Of a stretch of DNA of 64,000 nt, positions 40,055 through 48,619 are shown piece by piece. Under the pieces are notes generated by a model, which searched no databases, was not told the origin of the DNA, and worked only from the letters and a program-made list of their open reading frames with translations. The DNA is from an uncultured Thermodesulfobacteriota bacterium (GTDB lineage Bacteria; Desulfobacterota; GWC2-55-46; JADFVP01), in contig CAYYJQ010000004.1 in NCBI GenBank assembly GCA_964472295.1, forward strand, positions 11,968 through 75,967. The letters run 5' to 3'. How positions within the stretch are numbered: the first letter of the stretch is position 1; the number at the start of each line of letters is the position of its first letter. The translations under genes and the position numbers were made by a program.

Positions 40055-41749
40055 ATGAAAAACCAACCGAGCGCCAAATCCGGTATAGCCCTTGTCTTTC
40101 TCTCCTTTGTACTGGCCATAATGGCCATTTCCGCCATTGAGTCAGTCCTATTCTATCAAAAGTTCAGGCACGTGGATACTCTCGAGGCCCTTCATAACAG
40201 CATAAACCGAACGAGCGCGGTTGTGGCAAGGCTCGGAAATACCCTTGATATTGTTGTCGTGGGCCAGCGTTTTGAGCAGACTACCATCAACATACTTCGT
40301 AACGACGTCAACCGCATCAATAAAGACATTACAAAACTGCTCGAGAGGTACAGAAAGGATAAATTTATCACAAGCAACAAGATTCTTGCCGATGAACTCA
40401 AGGGCGTGCCCGGTGAGTGGCAGAAGATCTACCAGGACATAATGAAGTTCAGGGCAAATATGAGCCGTGACGAGGTCATGTTAATACACAACGACGTTGA
40501 TGTTGACATCCTTGTCCTTGATGAAAAATTTGACAGGGTATCGACTGGTATCAACTCGCTATTGAAGCGTGTCTTCAGTGAGATAAAGATGCTCCTCATG
40601 ACAACACTCGGGGCCTTTATTCTCATGCTCACCGTCGCGGCAGTCTTTATTTACCAGCGCTTTATATCCCCCATGTACAAACTCGAGGTCAACGCCCTTG
40701 CCTTGAGCTCCGGGAGCGGCAGGAAGAGGTTCATGACAACACTGTCAGGTATCGCTGGAAGCGTTGCCCGTGAGTTGAACACCATCCTTGAAGAGAGCGA
40801 CCGCCATGCCGCGGAGCTCGGCGAGAAAATAGCCGGTCTCGATAAAAGACTGATGGAGAAAGAACTGGCGATAAAGACACTCTCGGAGTTCTTCCAGGCA
40901 TCAGGCAGGACCTTTAACATGGGTGTCCTCATGAACGAATCACTTAAAAAACTGCCTCCCATGACAGGCGCTCTCGGGGCGCTTGTTTATCTGAGAAATG
41001 ACGATGAGGTCCGTCTTGTCGCCTCGGCATGGGGACAGGACGGGGCCAGGGACGGACTTTTTGAGATGCTCACCGTGGACTCACTTGGAATGGCTGATGG
41101 CAGGATGATAGAGACCAACTCCGTCGGTGCTCCCGAATACGCCGCTATCTTTCGAGAAAAGGGCATAAACTTTGTCCAGTCCTTTGCCATAAGCCCTGAT
41201 GATAATCACGATTATGGCAGGCTAATGCTCTTATTCAGTGAACCTCCAGGTGAGTATCGTGGCGGCTTTACAAGGGCCCTTGTCTCGGCCATGGGCACGT
41301 CTATCGCCTTCTCAACAAGGCTCGCTGAGGAGCACGAGTCTCGGGAAAAAAGTCTTGCCCTTATTAATCAACTTCCCATGGGGTTGGCGGTCTTTGACAG
41401 GGAAGGCCGCTGCATAACGGCCAACCTCATTCTGAAAAAGTTTCTTGGCGCGGGACCTGATTTTGAGTTCCTGCAAAATTATACCTACAGGGAAGACGAC
41501 ATCCTCGAGGCACAGGGGCTTGTCACAACCATTAACAAGGCCTATGACGGTTTTGTTACCGAGTTTATAATAAACTACGATCCATACCTTGTAAAACGCT
41601 ATGGTTTCATGGGCCAGACAAGAGACCTCCGGGTCAAGTCCGTGCCCCTTTTTGAACCCGATGGCACCATAAACAAGATTTCCCTTATCTACGAGGACAT
41701 CACGCTCATTGATGACTTCACGGTTATAGAAGAAAACAGGCATAGATAA
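40055..41749 (+). CDS. Membrane sensor: TM-periplasmic helical-TM-HAMP-like-GAF-like-PAS, no output domain
   Basis: Two TMs, ISPMYKL..A..L..G HAMP-like, NQLPMGLAVFD.EGR...AN PAS start, ends just after YEDIT. Confidence 0.75.
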   Translation: MKNQPSAKSGIALVFLSFVLAIMAISAIESVLFYQKFRHVDTLEALHNSINRTSAVVARLGNTLDIVVVGQRFEQTTINILRNDVNRINKDITKLLERYRKDKFITSNKILADELKGVPGEWQKIYQDIMKFRANMSRDEVMLIHNDVDVDILVLDEKFDRVSTGINSLLKRVFSEIKMLLMTTLGAFILMLTVAAVFIYQRFISPMYKLEVNALALSSGSGRKRFMTTLSGIAGSVARELNTILEESDRHAAELGEKIAGLDKRLMEKELAIKTLSEFFQASGRTFNMGVLMNESLKKLPPMTGALGALVYLRNDDEVRLVASAWGQDGARDGLFEMLTVDSLGMADGRMIETNSVGAPEYAAIFREKGINFVQSFAISPDDNHDYGRLMLLFSEPPGEYRGGFTRALVSAMGTSIAFSTRLAEEHESREKSLALINQLPMGLAVFDREGRCITANLILKKFLGAGPDFEFLQNYTYREDDILEAQGLVTTINKAYDGFVTEFIINYDPYLVKRYGFMGQTRDLRVKSVPLFEPDGTINKISLIYEDITLIDDFTVIEENRHR

Positions 41750-43824
41750 TGCGGTTTTTCCGGGATATAAACATATCGCGAAAACTCGCCGTCGTATTTC
41801 TTGTGATGCTCTTCATGATGGGCATAGGCGGTGCCGTGGGCCTCTATAACGCCATGCAGATCTTCCGCGTCACTGAGCGTCTTTACCTTGATTCCTTCAA
41901 ACGTGTCGGGCTCCTGACCGCCGTAGAGGGAGAGCTTCTCTCCGCGCGGCAGGAGATATTTCTCTTCGCCATGGTCAGGGACAGGGCCACAAAGGGCTTT
42001 CTCAAGATTCGAGTCGTGGAGCGGAAGAAAAAGATAGAGACAGTCCTCAAGCAGTACAGCGCCATGGGCCTCCCTGAAGGAGAGATGGACCTCTTCAAGG
42101 GCCTCCATGCCGACCTCGATAACTTCTGGCACGTCCACTTCAGGGTCCTTGCAAAGTCCCTTGCAGGTGAGCGCGACAAGGCCATATCAATAACACAGAT
42201 GGAGGGCAACAAGACATTCACCGCCGCCATGAATACCCTGAAATCTCTTGAGGAGAGGTCCAGGGGAGGGGCGCTCTCGGCCTATGAGCGTAGCAGTTTC
42301 TTCTCACGTGTCATCATGTCCGTCACTCTCGCCTTCACGCTCTCGGCAATCGCCCTTGCCATAGGGCTCTGGTTTGTCCTCCGGCGCTCCATAGTGGACC
42401 CCATACTGGCCATGGAGAAGTACGCAAAGTCCATTGCCTCGGGAGACCTATCCGGACGTGTCCCTGTTTTGAGCGATGATGAGATTGGTTCTTTGGCCGT
42501 TGAGTTCAACCGCATGTCAGGGAGCCTTCAGGAGTATTACAACACCCTTGAGACAAGGGTAAGGGAGAGGACGGCGGAACTTCGCAAAGCTAACACGGAT
42601 CTTCAGGATAAACAAAAAGAGCTTGAGATAGCAAACATGGGACTCATTGAGGCAAACAGGATAAAGTCCCAGTTTCTTGCCAATGTAAGCCATGAACTGC
42701 GCACTCCCCTTAACTCCATACTTGGTTTCTCCGAACTCCTCGGGGAAAAGGCCTTTGGTGAACTCAATGACAAGCAGGGCCAGTACGTGGAGTACATCCA
42801 TTCGAGCGGCGAGCATCTTCTCAGGCTTATCAATAACATTATCGATCTATCTAAGATAGACGCCGACAAGATGGAACTCATGCCCGAGATCTTTCCCATT
42901 AGCGAGGCCCTTGGAGAGGTGCTCGGCATCATAAGGCCCCTTGCGCATGAAAAGGACATAACAATAGAGACCATGACAGTGCCGGCATCGCCGAAGATAA
43001 GAGCGGACAAGGCAAAGTTCAAGAAGATAATGCTCAATGTCCTCTCGAATGCCGTAAAGTTCAACCATAGGGGCGGACGGGTTGAAATATCGTGGTCCAT
43101 GAGCGAGGAGACCTCGGGAAGGGACTTTATTGAGTATATAACCTTTGCCGTTAAGGATACGGGAATAGGCATAAAGGAGAGCGACAGGAAGAGACTCTTT
43201 CGGTCCTTTGAGCAGGTTGACTCGTCCTTTAACAGGGAGTACGAAGGAAGCGGCCTGGGCCTTGTGCTTACTAAGAGGCTTACGGAACTCCACGGGGGCG
43301 CCATCTGGTTCGAGTCCGAGGAGGGCCAGGGTTCGACCTTTTTCATTAAGCTTCCGCGAGGCACGGAAGAGATTGAATTACCTGATTACTCCGATTACCT
43401 CCAGGATGACCATATCCCCGGCGGTAGGCCCCTTGTGCTAATGGCAGGTGAGAGCCCAGATATAAACCATCTCATCGAGATATACCTCGCTGACCAGCCT
43501 TATGACACACTCGTTGTCTATGACGGTCTCGAACTCCTGAACATGGCCGTTGACAGACAGCCATTCGCCATAATTATGGGCATCAGCCTCCCTGGAAAGG
43601 ACGGGTGGGAGGTCTTGAAGGAACTCAAAGCCGACTCCGCCACGGAGCATATACCCGTAATCATCGTCTCTTCGCTTGAGGACTCAGACCTTACTATGTC
43701 CCTTGGTGCCGTGGCGCATATAGGCAAGTCAGTAGACAGGTCCGCCCTGCTCGCGGCCCTTGACGCCCTGGAAAGACCGGCCAAAGAGACACACTCATAC
43801 GACGAGGAAAGCGGCAAGGCATAA
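41749..43824 (+). CDS. Hybrid histidine kinase (4HB sensor, HAMP, HisKA, HATPase, degenerate REC)
   Basis: FLANVSHELRTPLNSILGFS, NVLSNAVKF, DTGIGI, GSGLGL; REC reads IIMGISLP. Confidence 0.92.
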   Translation: MRFFRDINISRKLAVVFLVMLFMMGIGGAVGLYNAMQIFRVTERLYLDSFKRVGLLTAVEGELLSARQEIFLFAMVRDRATKGFLKIRVVERKKKIETVLKQYSAMGLPEGEMDLFKGLHADLDNFWHVHFRVLAKSLAGERDKAISITQMEGNKTFTAAMNTLKSLEERSRGGALSAYERSSFFSRVIMSVTLAFTLSAIALAIGLWFVLRRSIVDPILAMEKYAKSIASGDLSGRVPVLSDDEIGSLAVEFNRMSGSLQEYYNTLETRVRERTAELRKANTDLQDKQKELEIANMGLIEANRIKSQFLANVSHELRTPLNSILGFSELLGEKAFGELNDKQGQYVEYIHSSGEHLLRLINNIIDLSKIDADKMELMPEIFPISEALGEVLGIIRPLAHEKDITIETMTVPASPKIRADKAKFKKIMLNVLSNAVKFNHRGGRVEISWSMSEETSGRDFIEYITFAVKDTGIGIKESDRKRLFRSFEQVDSSFNREYEGSGLGLVLTKRLTELHGGAIWFESEEGQGSTFFIKLPRGTEEIELPDYSDYLQDDHIPGGRPLVLMAGESPDINHLIEIYLADQPYDTLVVYDGLELLNMAVDRQPFAIIMGISLPGKDGWEVLKELKADSATEHIPVIIVSSLEDSDLTMSLGAVAHIGKSVDRSALLAALDALERPAKETHSYDEESGKA

Positions 43825-43859
43825 CCTGAAGACAATTTCTGTATCCGGAGGTATAAGGA

Positions 43860-44249
43860 ATGGCCAGGGAGCCCATCAAGGTCCTTATTGTTGAGGATAA
43901 CCAGATGAACATGATGCTCGTAAGAGACATCCTGACACTGAGCGGCTTTGAGACCATCGAGGCCAGAAGCGGCCCAGAGGCCATAAGGCTCGTAGCCGAG
44001 GAGGGCCCGGACATAGTGCTCATGGACCTCCATCTTCCGGGCCTCGACGGCATTGCCACGACAAGGCTCCTCAAGGCCGATGAGCGCTTCAGCCATATTC
44101 CGGTCCTTGCCCTCACCGCGGCGGCATCACGTCTCGATACCAATGAGATAAGAGCAAGGGGCTTTGACGGCTATGTCACAAAACCCATAAAAGTGGACTT
44201 CCTCCTGAATGAGATAGGACGCCTCACAGAGAATAAGCCGAAGGACTAA
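43860..44249 (+). CDS. Single-domain response regulator (DivK/CheY-like)
   Basis: LIVEDN, VLMDLHLPGLDG, LALTA, YVTKP. Confidence 0.93.
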   Translation: MAREPIKVLIVEDNQMNMMLVRDILTLSGFETIEARSGPEAIRLVAEEGPDIVLMDLHLPGLDGIATTRLLKADERFSHIPVLALTAAASRLDTNEIRARGFDGYVTKPIKVDFLLNEIGRLTENKPKD

Positions 44250-44370
44250 AAGATTCAGGTGTGCATTTGGGGTAGGGGTGAAAAGGGGTGATGCCGGGGC
44301 GCTGAAGGGCGGGGGAGGCGAATCCCGGACAAGGGAGAGGGTAGGGCGCGGGGGGGGGATTGAGGGGGGA

Positions 44371-46392
44371 TCAGCGGTCTTCGTCCTTGCCTGCCCGCAG
44401 GCCTCTTATAATTTCTCTTATACGCGAATACTCACTGGTCCCGCACTGTTCTTTACCAAAACGTACCTTCTGGTAAATTTCCGTTATTTCCCTGACGCCA
44501 GGACGCCTTACCCTCTGGGCAAACTCCATGGCCGTCTCTGAGTCATGTTTTTCAAGGCCCTTTCTCTTGAGTATCCGTAGCATATCGAGGTAAAAATCAG
44601 GGGTCTTTCTTGAGAGGATGCGGCTTTTCTTCTCACGGATGCGCACAAGGAAAAGCGCCGTTAGAAGGACAAAGAGCAGGACAATGAGGAACTGGCGCTT
44701 CTCTTCCGTGTAGGCCCCAAGGCCCCTTAGCCCCTTGTCAAGGGAGTTCACTAGTCTTCTCCCTGTCTCGTTAAAGGTGAAGGCAATACGCCTCTGGTCA
44801 GATGTCGTATAGTTAACCACATACCTGTTCCATTTTAGATGGAGGTAATCGAGGTAATTGGATAGGCTCGTGCCGCGCATGAGCGGCGAGAGCCCCTCCG
44901 GGGGCGTGGGGTCCGCGCGCACCCACCCGGCGGAACCTCCCGCGTATACCTCGGCCCAGCTGTGGGCGTCGCTCTGACGCACGATAAAGTATTTGCCCGC
45001 CCTGTTCCATTCACCCTCGAGAAAACCCGTCACAATGCGCGTGGGAATGCCTATTGACCTTGAGAGCAGGGCAAAGGCCGTGGCAAAGTGTTCGCAAAAG
45101 CCCTCTTTTGAGTAAAAGAGAAAATCCTCTACCGGCGACTTTTTGGGGTCGCGTTTCGGGTCAAGCGTATATGTGTAGTTCGCCCGGAGGTATCTCTTGA
45201 TTATGGCCGATTTCTCAACATTGTCCCTGCCACCGGCCGTTATCTTCATCGCAAGTGACTTGATGCGCTTGAGAAGCGTCTTGTCCATCTTCGAGAGGTC
45301 CACGTACCGGCTCATGTCCGTGGACTCTGCCGGCCTTATTGCCGCTGGAGAAGACCATACCCTGTACTCGAGCCTCGAGAGCGCGGGCGAGGGGAGGTAC
45401 ACCGCGCCAGTGCTGTCTGTCCAGAGGTTCTTGAATTTTCCAGAGATGCGCACGGCCCTTGGTATGGAGAAAAGGACCGTTGAGTTCATTGGCTCAAGGA
45501 GGACCCTCTCCTCAAAGACCTTGCCGCGGGGCCTTGCGGCAAGGTAGAATTCATCGTATCTCTTCTTTACCAGCCTCTCTCTCCTGGCGCCTCTCCTCCA
45601 GGCACTGCCATCATATACCGAGAGCGTGCCCCCGCGGAAGTAGAGCGGCCCTTGGGGCCTCTTTTTCATGCCCGGAAAGTCCACTCGCATTATGACGGTT
45701 GGGTCTCTCTTCACAGGGCCAAGTGCCCCGAGGTCCACGGTATCAGAGAAACCAACTACCTTTATGGCCTCCTGGTTCTTTTTCTGGAAGAAACCGGCCT
45801 CCATCCTCGGAAGGAGCATGAAGAGGAAGAAGGTCATGCTGATGGTAACAGTCGAGAGAGTGACGGCGTATGCGCTGAAGGAGAGGTCAAATATGCCGCG
45901 CGGCGGCTCGACGCCCGAGTTCATGCCGAGCTCGAACTCCTTCTGTATGTTTACCGTAATCATGGCAAAGATACTGCCGATGATAAAGAGGAGTAGAACC
46001 GGGAGGAAGAGCGGGCTTACCGTGGAGGCGGCGGCGGCGAGAATCTGGAAGAATACGGTGCAGTAGATGATTACATAGTCCCTGTTCTTTCTGAGGTCGT
46101 AGAGCTTTGCCGTAAGGAGAAGGGTCAGAAAACGGGCGGCGCTCGCCGTAAGGTCACGTCCGCCCCAGAGAAAGTCGGCGAGAAATACGAAAAATATGGC
46201 AATGGCTATCAGGTTCCAGAGGCCCCTTGGAATGATGCTTTTTTCCCATGACCTCAGGACAAGGCTAAGTGCTATGCCAATGGCCATGAACCCGATGAAG
46301 AGCGGGCTCACGCCGCCTACAAGGGTGACGGCAAGGAGCCCGAGAAGGGCCATTAAGTGGGTTATGATTACCATGTACTGAGAGAGCTTCAT
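44371..46392 (-). CDS. Transglutaminase TgpA family membrane protein (DUF3488, TG domain, DUF4129)
   Basis: Multi-TM N-terminus; Cys-His-Asp triad in GFCEHFATA, DAHSWAEVY, ADPTP. Confidence 0.9.
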   Translation of the reverse strand: MKLSQYMVIITHLMALLGLLAVTLVGGVSPLFIGFMAIGIALSLVLRSWEKSIIPRGLWNLIAIAIFFVFLADFLWGGRDLTASAARFLTLLLTAKLYDLRKNRDYVIIYCTVFFQILAAAASTVSPLFLPVLLLFIIGSIFAMITVNIQKEFELGMNSGVEPPRGIFDLSFSAYAVTLSTVTISMTFFLFMLLPRMEAGFFQKKNQEAIKVVGFSDTVDLGALGPVKRDPTVIMRVDFPGMKKRPQGPLYFRGGTLSVYDGSAWRRGARRERLVKKRYDEFYLAARPRGKVFEERVLLEPMNSTVLFSIPRAVRISGKFKNLWTDSTGAVYLPSPALSRLEYRVWSSPAAIRPAESTDMSRYVDLSKMDKTLLKRIKSLAMKITAGGRDNVEKSAIIKRYLRANYTYTLDPKRDPKKSPVEDFLFYSKEGFCEHFATAFALLSRSIGIPTRIVTGFLEGEWNRAGKYFIVRQSDAHSWAEVYAGGSAGWVRADPTPPEGLSPLMRGTSLSNYLDYLHLKWNRYVVNYTTSDQRRIAFTFNETGRRLVNSLDKGLRGLGAYTEEKRQFLIVLLFVLLTALFLVRIREKKSRILSRKTPDFYLDMLRILKRKGLEKHDSETAMEFAQRVRRPGVREITEIYQKVRFGKEQCGTSEYSRIREIIRGLRAGKDEDR

Positions 46393-46394
46393 CT

Positions 46395-47426
46395 CTACAA
46401 AACCTTTATTGAGGGCGTGCCGCGCCCTGCGGGTCTTATGAGGGCGAGAAACTCGAGTATCCTGTAAAGGTGGGCCTCGCCCCTTGAGTCCGCAAGAGAG
46501 CCCGAGAGTGTATCGAGCCCCACGGACCAGCCCTTGTCGATAAAGTACTTTACAGTGCCCGCCGCCTCGTCGACCTTGTCCTCAAAGAGGTCGTCCATGC
46601 CCTCTTCCGAGAGGTTCTTGAAGGATACCACGACGCTCCGGTCAGTCTCCTGCTCGAACTCCATTATCATGAGGTTTTCAACCCTTGCCGCGGACTTCCA
46701 GTGTATGTGCCTGGCGTCGTCGTTCTGCGTGTACTCGCGTATGTTGTAAAGTCCCGTGCCCGAGCCCCTGGCATTCAGCGAGACGCCGCTCCTCGATATA
46801 ATGCTCTCGGTGAGCCTCGCCTCGTCAACGGGCTTGATGCGTGGATAGACGAGGACCTTGTCAGGGCTCTTTAATATGCGGGACTTCAGAAAGAGGCCGA
46901 AGGGAAAGGTCGTGGTTATCTTGAATCCCCTCAAGTTGATGAGGCCGCGCCTTGTGACGGTGCTTGAGACTGTGAGCGTCCTGCGCTCGCCGGCACTTAC
47001 CTTTACTACATAAGAGTGGGTGTCAGGGAGGCCCTCGGCAGGGAGTTCATATATCCTGAAGCAAATTGAGGGGATGATTCTCTTTTCGTTAACTATCTCA
47101 ATGGACGTTGTGAAGGAAGAGTCCCTGTAGAGACGCCTTGGGAGCCTTCTTGTAACGACAAGGCCCCGCATGGTGAGTTCGCTCATTATCCCTGAGAGTA
47201 TGATGATGGAGAGGAGGGTGGCGAGGACGAGGTACAGGAGGTTGTTGCCCGTGTTAATGGCAATGCCGCCTGTTACGAGCACAGCCGCGATGTACCACTT
47301 GCCCTCTCTCGTGACACGCACGGAACGGGGCATGGCGAGGATCCTTCTCAGCCATGGAGGCAGGATATGTCCGCCTGCACCGGTCTTTGCTCTACGGAAT
47401 TCAGATATGCCGTCAGAGATACTCAT
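46395..47426 (-). CDS. DUF58 family (vWA-like) protein
   Basis: AINTGNNLLYL, RRG, TTFPFGLF, IREYTQNDDARHIHWKSAAR. Confidence 0.9.
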   Translation of the reverse strand: MSISDGISEFRRAKTGAGGHILPPWLRRILAMPRSVRVTREGKWYIAAVLVTGGIAINTGNNLLYLVLATLLSIIILSGIMSELTMRGLVVTRRLPRRLYRDSSFTTSIEIVNEKRIIPSICFRIYELPAEGLPDTHSYVVKVSAGERRTLTVSSTVTRRGLINLRGFKITTTFPFGLFLKSRILKSPDKVLVYPRIKPVDEARLTESIISRSGVSLNARGSGTGLYNIREYTQNDDARHIHWKSAARVENLMIMEFEQETDRSVVVSFKNLSEEGMDDLFEDKVDEAAGTVKYFIDKGWSVGLDTLSGSLADSRGEAHLYRILEFLALIRPAGRGTPSIKVL

Positions 47427-47450
47427 ATGTCTCTTTTAGTATTTTTAGTA

Positions 47451-48395
47451 TTATACGGGGACGATGGCCCTGTCGATAATGTCGCGGATAATGGCCGCGT
47501 TCTCGGCGAGTTCATCGCCGCGGGTTCCGAGGTTGGTTACTATGCGGTGGGAGAAAACATTTTCGGCAAGTGTCTTTATGTCGTCTGGCGTGGCGTAGTC
47601 GCGGCCCGAGACTATGGCATGGGCCTGCGCACACCTGAAGAGTGTCTTTGCACCGCGGGGGCTTACGCCGAGCCTTATGTCCTTTCGTTCCCTCGTGGCC
47701 CGCGTTATGGCGAGTATGTAGTTTACGAGGTCTTCATCCACCCTTACCGCGGAGGCCGCTTCCTGCATCTTCACCACATCGTCGGCGTCCACCACGGGAC
47801 GAACATCCTTTATGGACTCCTGGGACTTTGCCGAGGCGATTATGCGTCTTTCAAACTCGGCCTCAGGGTAGCCTATCTTCACCGAGAGGGTGAACCTGTC
47901 GAGCTGTGACTCGGGAAGGGGAAAGGTTCCTGAAAAATCCACGGGGTTCTGCGTCGCAAGGAGCATGAAAGGCTCTGGGAGGTGGTGCGTGGTGCCGTCT
48001 ACAGAGACCTGGCGCTCGCTCATGGCCTCAAGCAGGGAACTCTGCGTCTTTGGCGTGGCCCTGTTAATCTCGTCGGCAAGCACGAAGTTTGCGAATAGCG
48101 GCCCCTTCCTGAACTCGAACCTCTGCTCGGCCTGGTTGTATATGGTTACACCTACTACGTCAGAGGGCAGGAGATCGCTTGTAAACTGAATGCGCTGAAA
48201 GGCGCAGTCAATACTCAGGGCAAGGCCGTGGGCAAGGGTTGTCTTGCCAACTCCGGGAACGTCCTCTATGAGGAGGTCGCCCCTTGAGAGCAGGGCCGTA
48301 AGGGCCATGTCTATTATATCGCCCTTGCCAAAGAGTATTTTTTCAAGATTGTTTCTTAGGGATTGTACCTGTGAGTACACCATGGAGAGATCCAT
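47451..48395 (-). CDS. moxR: MoxR family AAA+ ATPase
   Basis: LIEDVPGVGKT, RIQFTSDLLPSDV, LADEINRATPKTQSSLLEAM, ATQNP, LPESQLDRF. Confidence 0.95.
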   Translation of the reverse strand: MDLSMVYSQVQSLRNNLEKILFGKGDIIDMALTALLSRGDLLIEDVPGVGKTTLAHGLALSIDCAFQRIQFTSDLLPSDVVGVTIYNQAEQRFEFRKGPLFANFVLADEINRATPKTQSSLLEAMSERQVSVDGTTHHLPEPFMLLATQNPVDFSGTFPLPESQLDRFTLSVKIGYPEAEFERRIIASAKSQESIKDVRPVVDADDVVKMQEAASAVRVDEDLVNYILAITRATRERKDIRLGVSPRGAKTLFRCAQAHAIVSGRDYATPDDIKTLAENVFSHRIVTNLGTRGDELAENAAIIRDIIDRAIVPV

Positions 48396-48506
48396 AATGA
48401 AAGATTATAGCATTTTTTATCTCAATAGGTCAATTATTTATGGCAGATGCGACATGGACCTCTGAAGACGCTGAAAAGATCCCTTCCCGTCTACGCCGAC
48501 GTTCCA

Positions 48507-48522
48507 TGGCAGGATATTTGCA
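48507..48522 (+). promoter_or_regulatory. Sigma54 -24/-12 promoter upstream of the sigma54 activator gene
   Basis: TGGCAG-GATAT-TTGCA with correct GG/GC spacing, about 100 nt before ATG 48620. Confidence 0.6.
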
Positions 48523-48619
48523 TCATTTACAGACGAGTGGGCAGAAACGAGACCAGATTGAGAAAAAAAGGCCTTAAAAGTATAAGACCGCAAGCCTGAA
48601 AACCAAGAAACTTTTTGCA

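Noticed and set aside
41700-41800. Programmed frameshift fusing the sensor and the kinase
   Set aside because: The downstream ORF starts with its own N-terminal TM and sensor, so a fusion makes no topological sense; a TAATG overlap is ordinary translational coupling.
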